A DNA stretch of 64,000 nt, counting the filler, from Jimgerdemannia flammicorona (Eukaryota): assembly GCA_003990765.1 (NCBI GenBank). It is 3 parts of 3 records of this genome, joined end to end, with 100 filler letters (N's around TTAATTAATTAA, not from the genome) between each part and the next. Parts side by side here need not be neighbours in the genome. Positions count along the whole stretch, not along the records: positions 43,115 to 64,000 come from RBNJ01001573.1; 2 more parts are not named here. One strand, written 5' to 3'. The translations under genes were made by a program, and so were the position numbers. The notes beneath the pieces were generated by a model that worked only from the letters and a program-made list of their open reading frames with translations, ran no database searches and was not told where the DNA came from. Of the stretch, positions 61,901-64,000 are shown piece by piece (the first letter of the stretch is position 1; the number at the start of each line of letters is the position of its first letter).

Positions 61901-63073
61901 CTAAAGAAAGGAAGTAAGCCTGGAGAGTTTGCACTAAGACTCTGCATTGACTACAGGAAACTCAATGCCATCACTAAGAAGGATAGGCAGCCCTTGCCAA
62001 ATATTCAAGAAATTCTTACCACCCTTGGAAGCAAAGCCAAATACTACACTACCTTGGATCTGTTCTCAGGCTTCCATCAGATCAGTCTCACTCAAGATGC
62101 CAGTGAGAAATCAGCCTTCATCATACCTGATGCCATCTATATCTATCTGCGAATGCCATTTGGAATGTGTAATGCCCCAGCAAGTTTCCAGCAAATGATG
62201 AACAGAGTCTTCAGCAATGAGATTTGAAAATGGCTCTTTGTCTATGTTGATGATGTGATTATCTTCAGCAACACTGCATGGGAATATGTCAATCACATAC
62301 AGCTAGCCCTCAAGAGGCTCAAGGAGCATGGCCTCTACATCAAGCCCAAGAAATACAAGTTTGTAGCTCAAGAAATCACCTACCTAGGACACCTCATCAA
62401 CCAGACTGGAATTCACACAGACCCCATGAAGATCAAGGCTATTGCAGCCTACCCAAGACCCAGAATAACCACAGAAGTCCATGCCTTCCTTGGACTGGCC
62501 AGCTACTACAGAAGATTCATCAAAGGATACTCTAACATTGCAGCACCTATCTATGAGCTACTGAAGAAGGAGACCAAATTCAAATGGACCAAGGAGCACC
62601 AAGAAACCTTTAATGAACTCAAGACTAGGTTGACTCAAGCACCTATCCTCAGAAGACCAGACTGGAACCTAGAATTCATCCTGCAGACAGATGCGAGTGC
62701 TATAGGACTTGGAGCAGTCCTAGCTCAGAAGAAAGATGGACATGAATATGTCATCTCCTATGTAAGCTGAGGTACCCGTAGAGCAGAACAGAACTATGAG
62801 TCATGCAAGCTTGAATGCTTAGCAGTAGTCTGGGTAGTAGACAAGTTTCACTACTACCTAGCTGGGAAACACTTCACTATTCAAACAGACCATTCTGCTC
62901 TTGCCTGGCTATTCCACACTCTGAACCCTAAAGGAATATATACCAGATGGATCTACAGGCTGCAAGAGTATGACTGTACTGTCAAGTACTGCTCAGGAAA
63001 GACCAATACCAATGCTAATGCACTCTCAAGGATACCCCGAAATACCACCATCAAGACTATTCAATATGAATAA
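58984..63073 (+). pseudogene. pol: Family B gag-PR-dUTPase-RT-RNase H polyprotein
   Basis: CFRCGEEGHYAKSC, IIDTGAGG, RGEQGFGSTG, YVDD, FILQTDAS; ends at TAA 63071-63073. Confidence 0.93.
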
Positions 63074-64000
63074 GGAGCTATACTATAGATTAATCAGCTA
63101 CCTCAGGCAGCAGAAGATGCCCAACCATCTCGAACCCTAGACAATCACCATCATCAACTGGACTTGAAAACAATTTGAATTAGACAACACTATACTCAGA
63201 AAAGGAGGAAAACTAGTAATATCTGAACACAAGAAGTATCAAGTAATGAAGGAAGTACATGAGCAAGAATACTTAGGAGGAACCAACACATATAACAAGG
63301 TAAGAAGAACTATATAGTAGCCTAAGATAGAAGAAGACCTGTGCCAATTTGTCAAAGGGTGTGACAAGTGCCAAAAACAGAAACAAGATCAGCAAGACCA
63401 GGTACCTGGGTCATTAAAAATTGAGCCTATCCCCTTCCACCACATCACAATAGATATCATTGGACCACTACCAGTAATACTATCAGGAAACTGCTATATT
63501 ATAGTTATTGTAGACCTCTTCACCAAATAGATAGAGGCAGGAGCATTACAAGAAGCCAACACCCTCTCTATAGCTGACTTCCTGCACTGAGAAATCATCT
63601 GCTGCTACAAGACACCAAAGCAAATCACAACAGACTGCGACATGGAATTTATCAATGGATTCCATAAGATAATGTATCAGAAATACAAGATCCAGCACAT
63701 CAAAACCACTACATACCACCCTCAAGGAAATGGACAGACAGAAAGAACCAACAAGACTCTCAAGAACATCCTAGTGAAAATCTCAGAGACATATGAGAAT
63801 TGGAATAACTATCTCCCAATCACCCTCTCTGTTCTATGAGATATATAGTCACAGAGCACACACTTTACCCCAAGAGAGCTGCTCTTCAGAGAAGAAGATT
63901 CTGATGGAACCTCAGCTACAAATCTAGACCTAACTTAGAGATGGGTTGATGCAGAAATCCAGAGACTACACCAAATCAGGAAGAAGGCTGAAGATTACAT
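63066..64000 (+). pseudogene. Family B separate integrase ORF (truncated by the window edge)
   Basis: MNKELYY start, CDKCQK, YHPQGNGQTERTN. Confidence 0.9.

Larger units (their letters stand above)
57416..64000 (+). mobile_element. Ty3/Gypsy family B copy 2 (5' LTR to integrase, runs off the window)
   Basis: LTR, PBS TGGTGCCTATTGGCTGG at 58931, gag, PR, dUTPase, RT, RH, INT. Confidence 0.95.

Noticed and set aside
1..64000. Host protein-coding or structural RNA genes
   Set aside because: Nearly all sequence is assignable to transposon remnants; no tRNA, rRNA or spliced host gene was recognised.

Overview
Eukaryotic, probably fungal (inference), transposon graveyard with no recognisable host gene. 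It is made of three contigs joined by artificial 100-nt spacers (44 N, TTAATTAATTAA, 44 N) at 21460-21559 and 43015-43114. The window holds nested, mostly decayed Ty3/Gypsy LTR retrotransposons of five families (my labels A-E), four with a clear dUTPase domain. It also holds a Ty1/Copia remnant, several L1/Tx1-like LINE pieces and a palindromic MITE with an 8-bp TSD. Old copies show heavy C>T/G>A decay (CpG and CpA loss). Main observations: (1) families A, B and C each carry an extra non-gag/pol ORF sharing a Y-x-I-G-x-x-L ... A-x-[KR]-x3-[IL]-[FY] core followed by an acidic stretch; it lies after integrase in A, inside the LTR in B and apparently inside the LTR in C. (2) In A and B the integrase is a separate ORF overlapping the pol stop codon, seen in every copy that spans the junction. 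(3) dUTPase sits at two different polyprotein positions. Alignments and translations beyond the supplied ORF track were made by eye, and boundaries in decayed regions are approximate.
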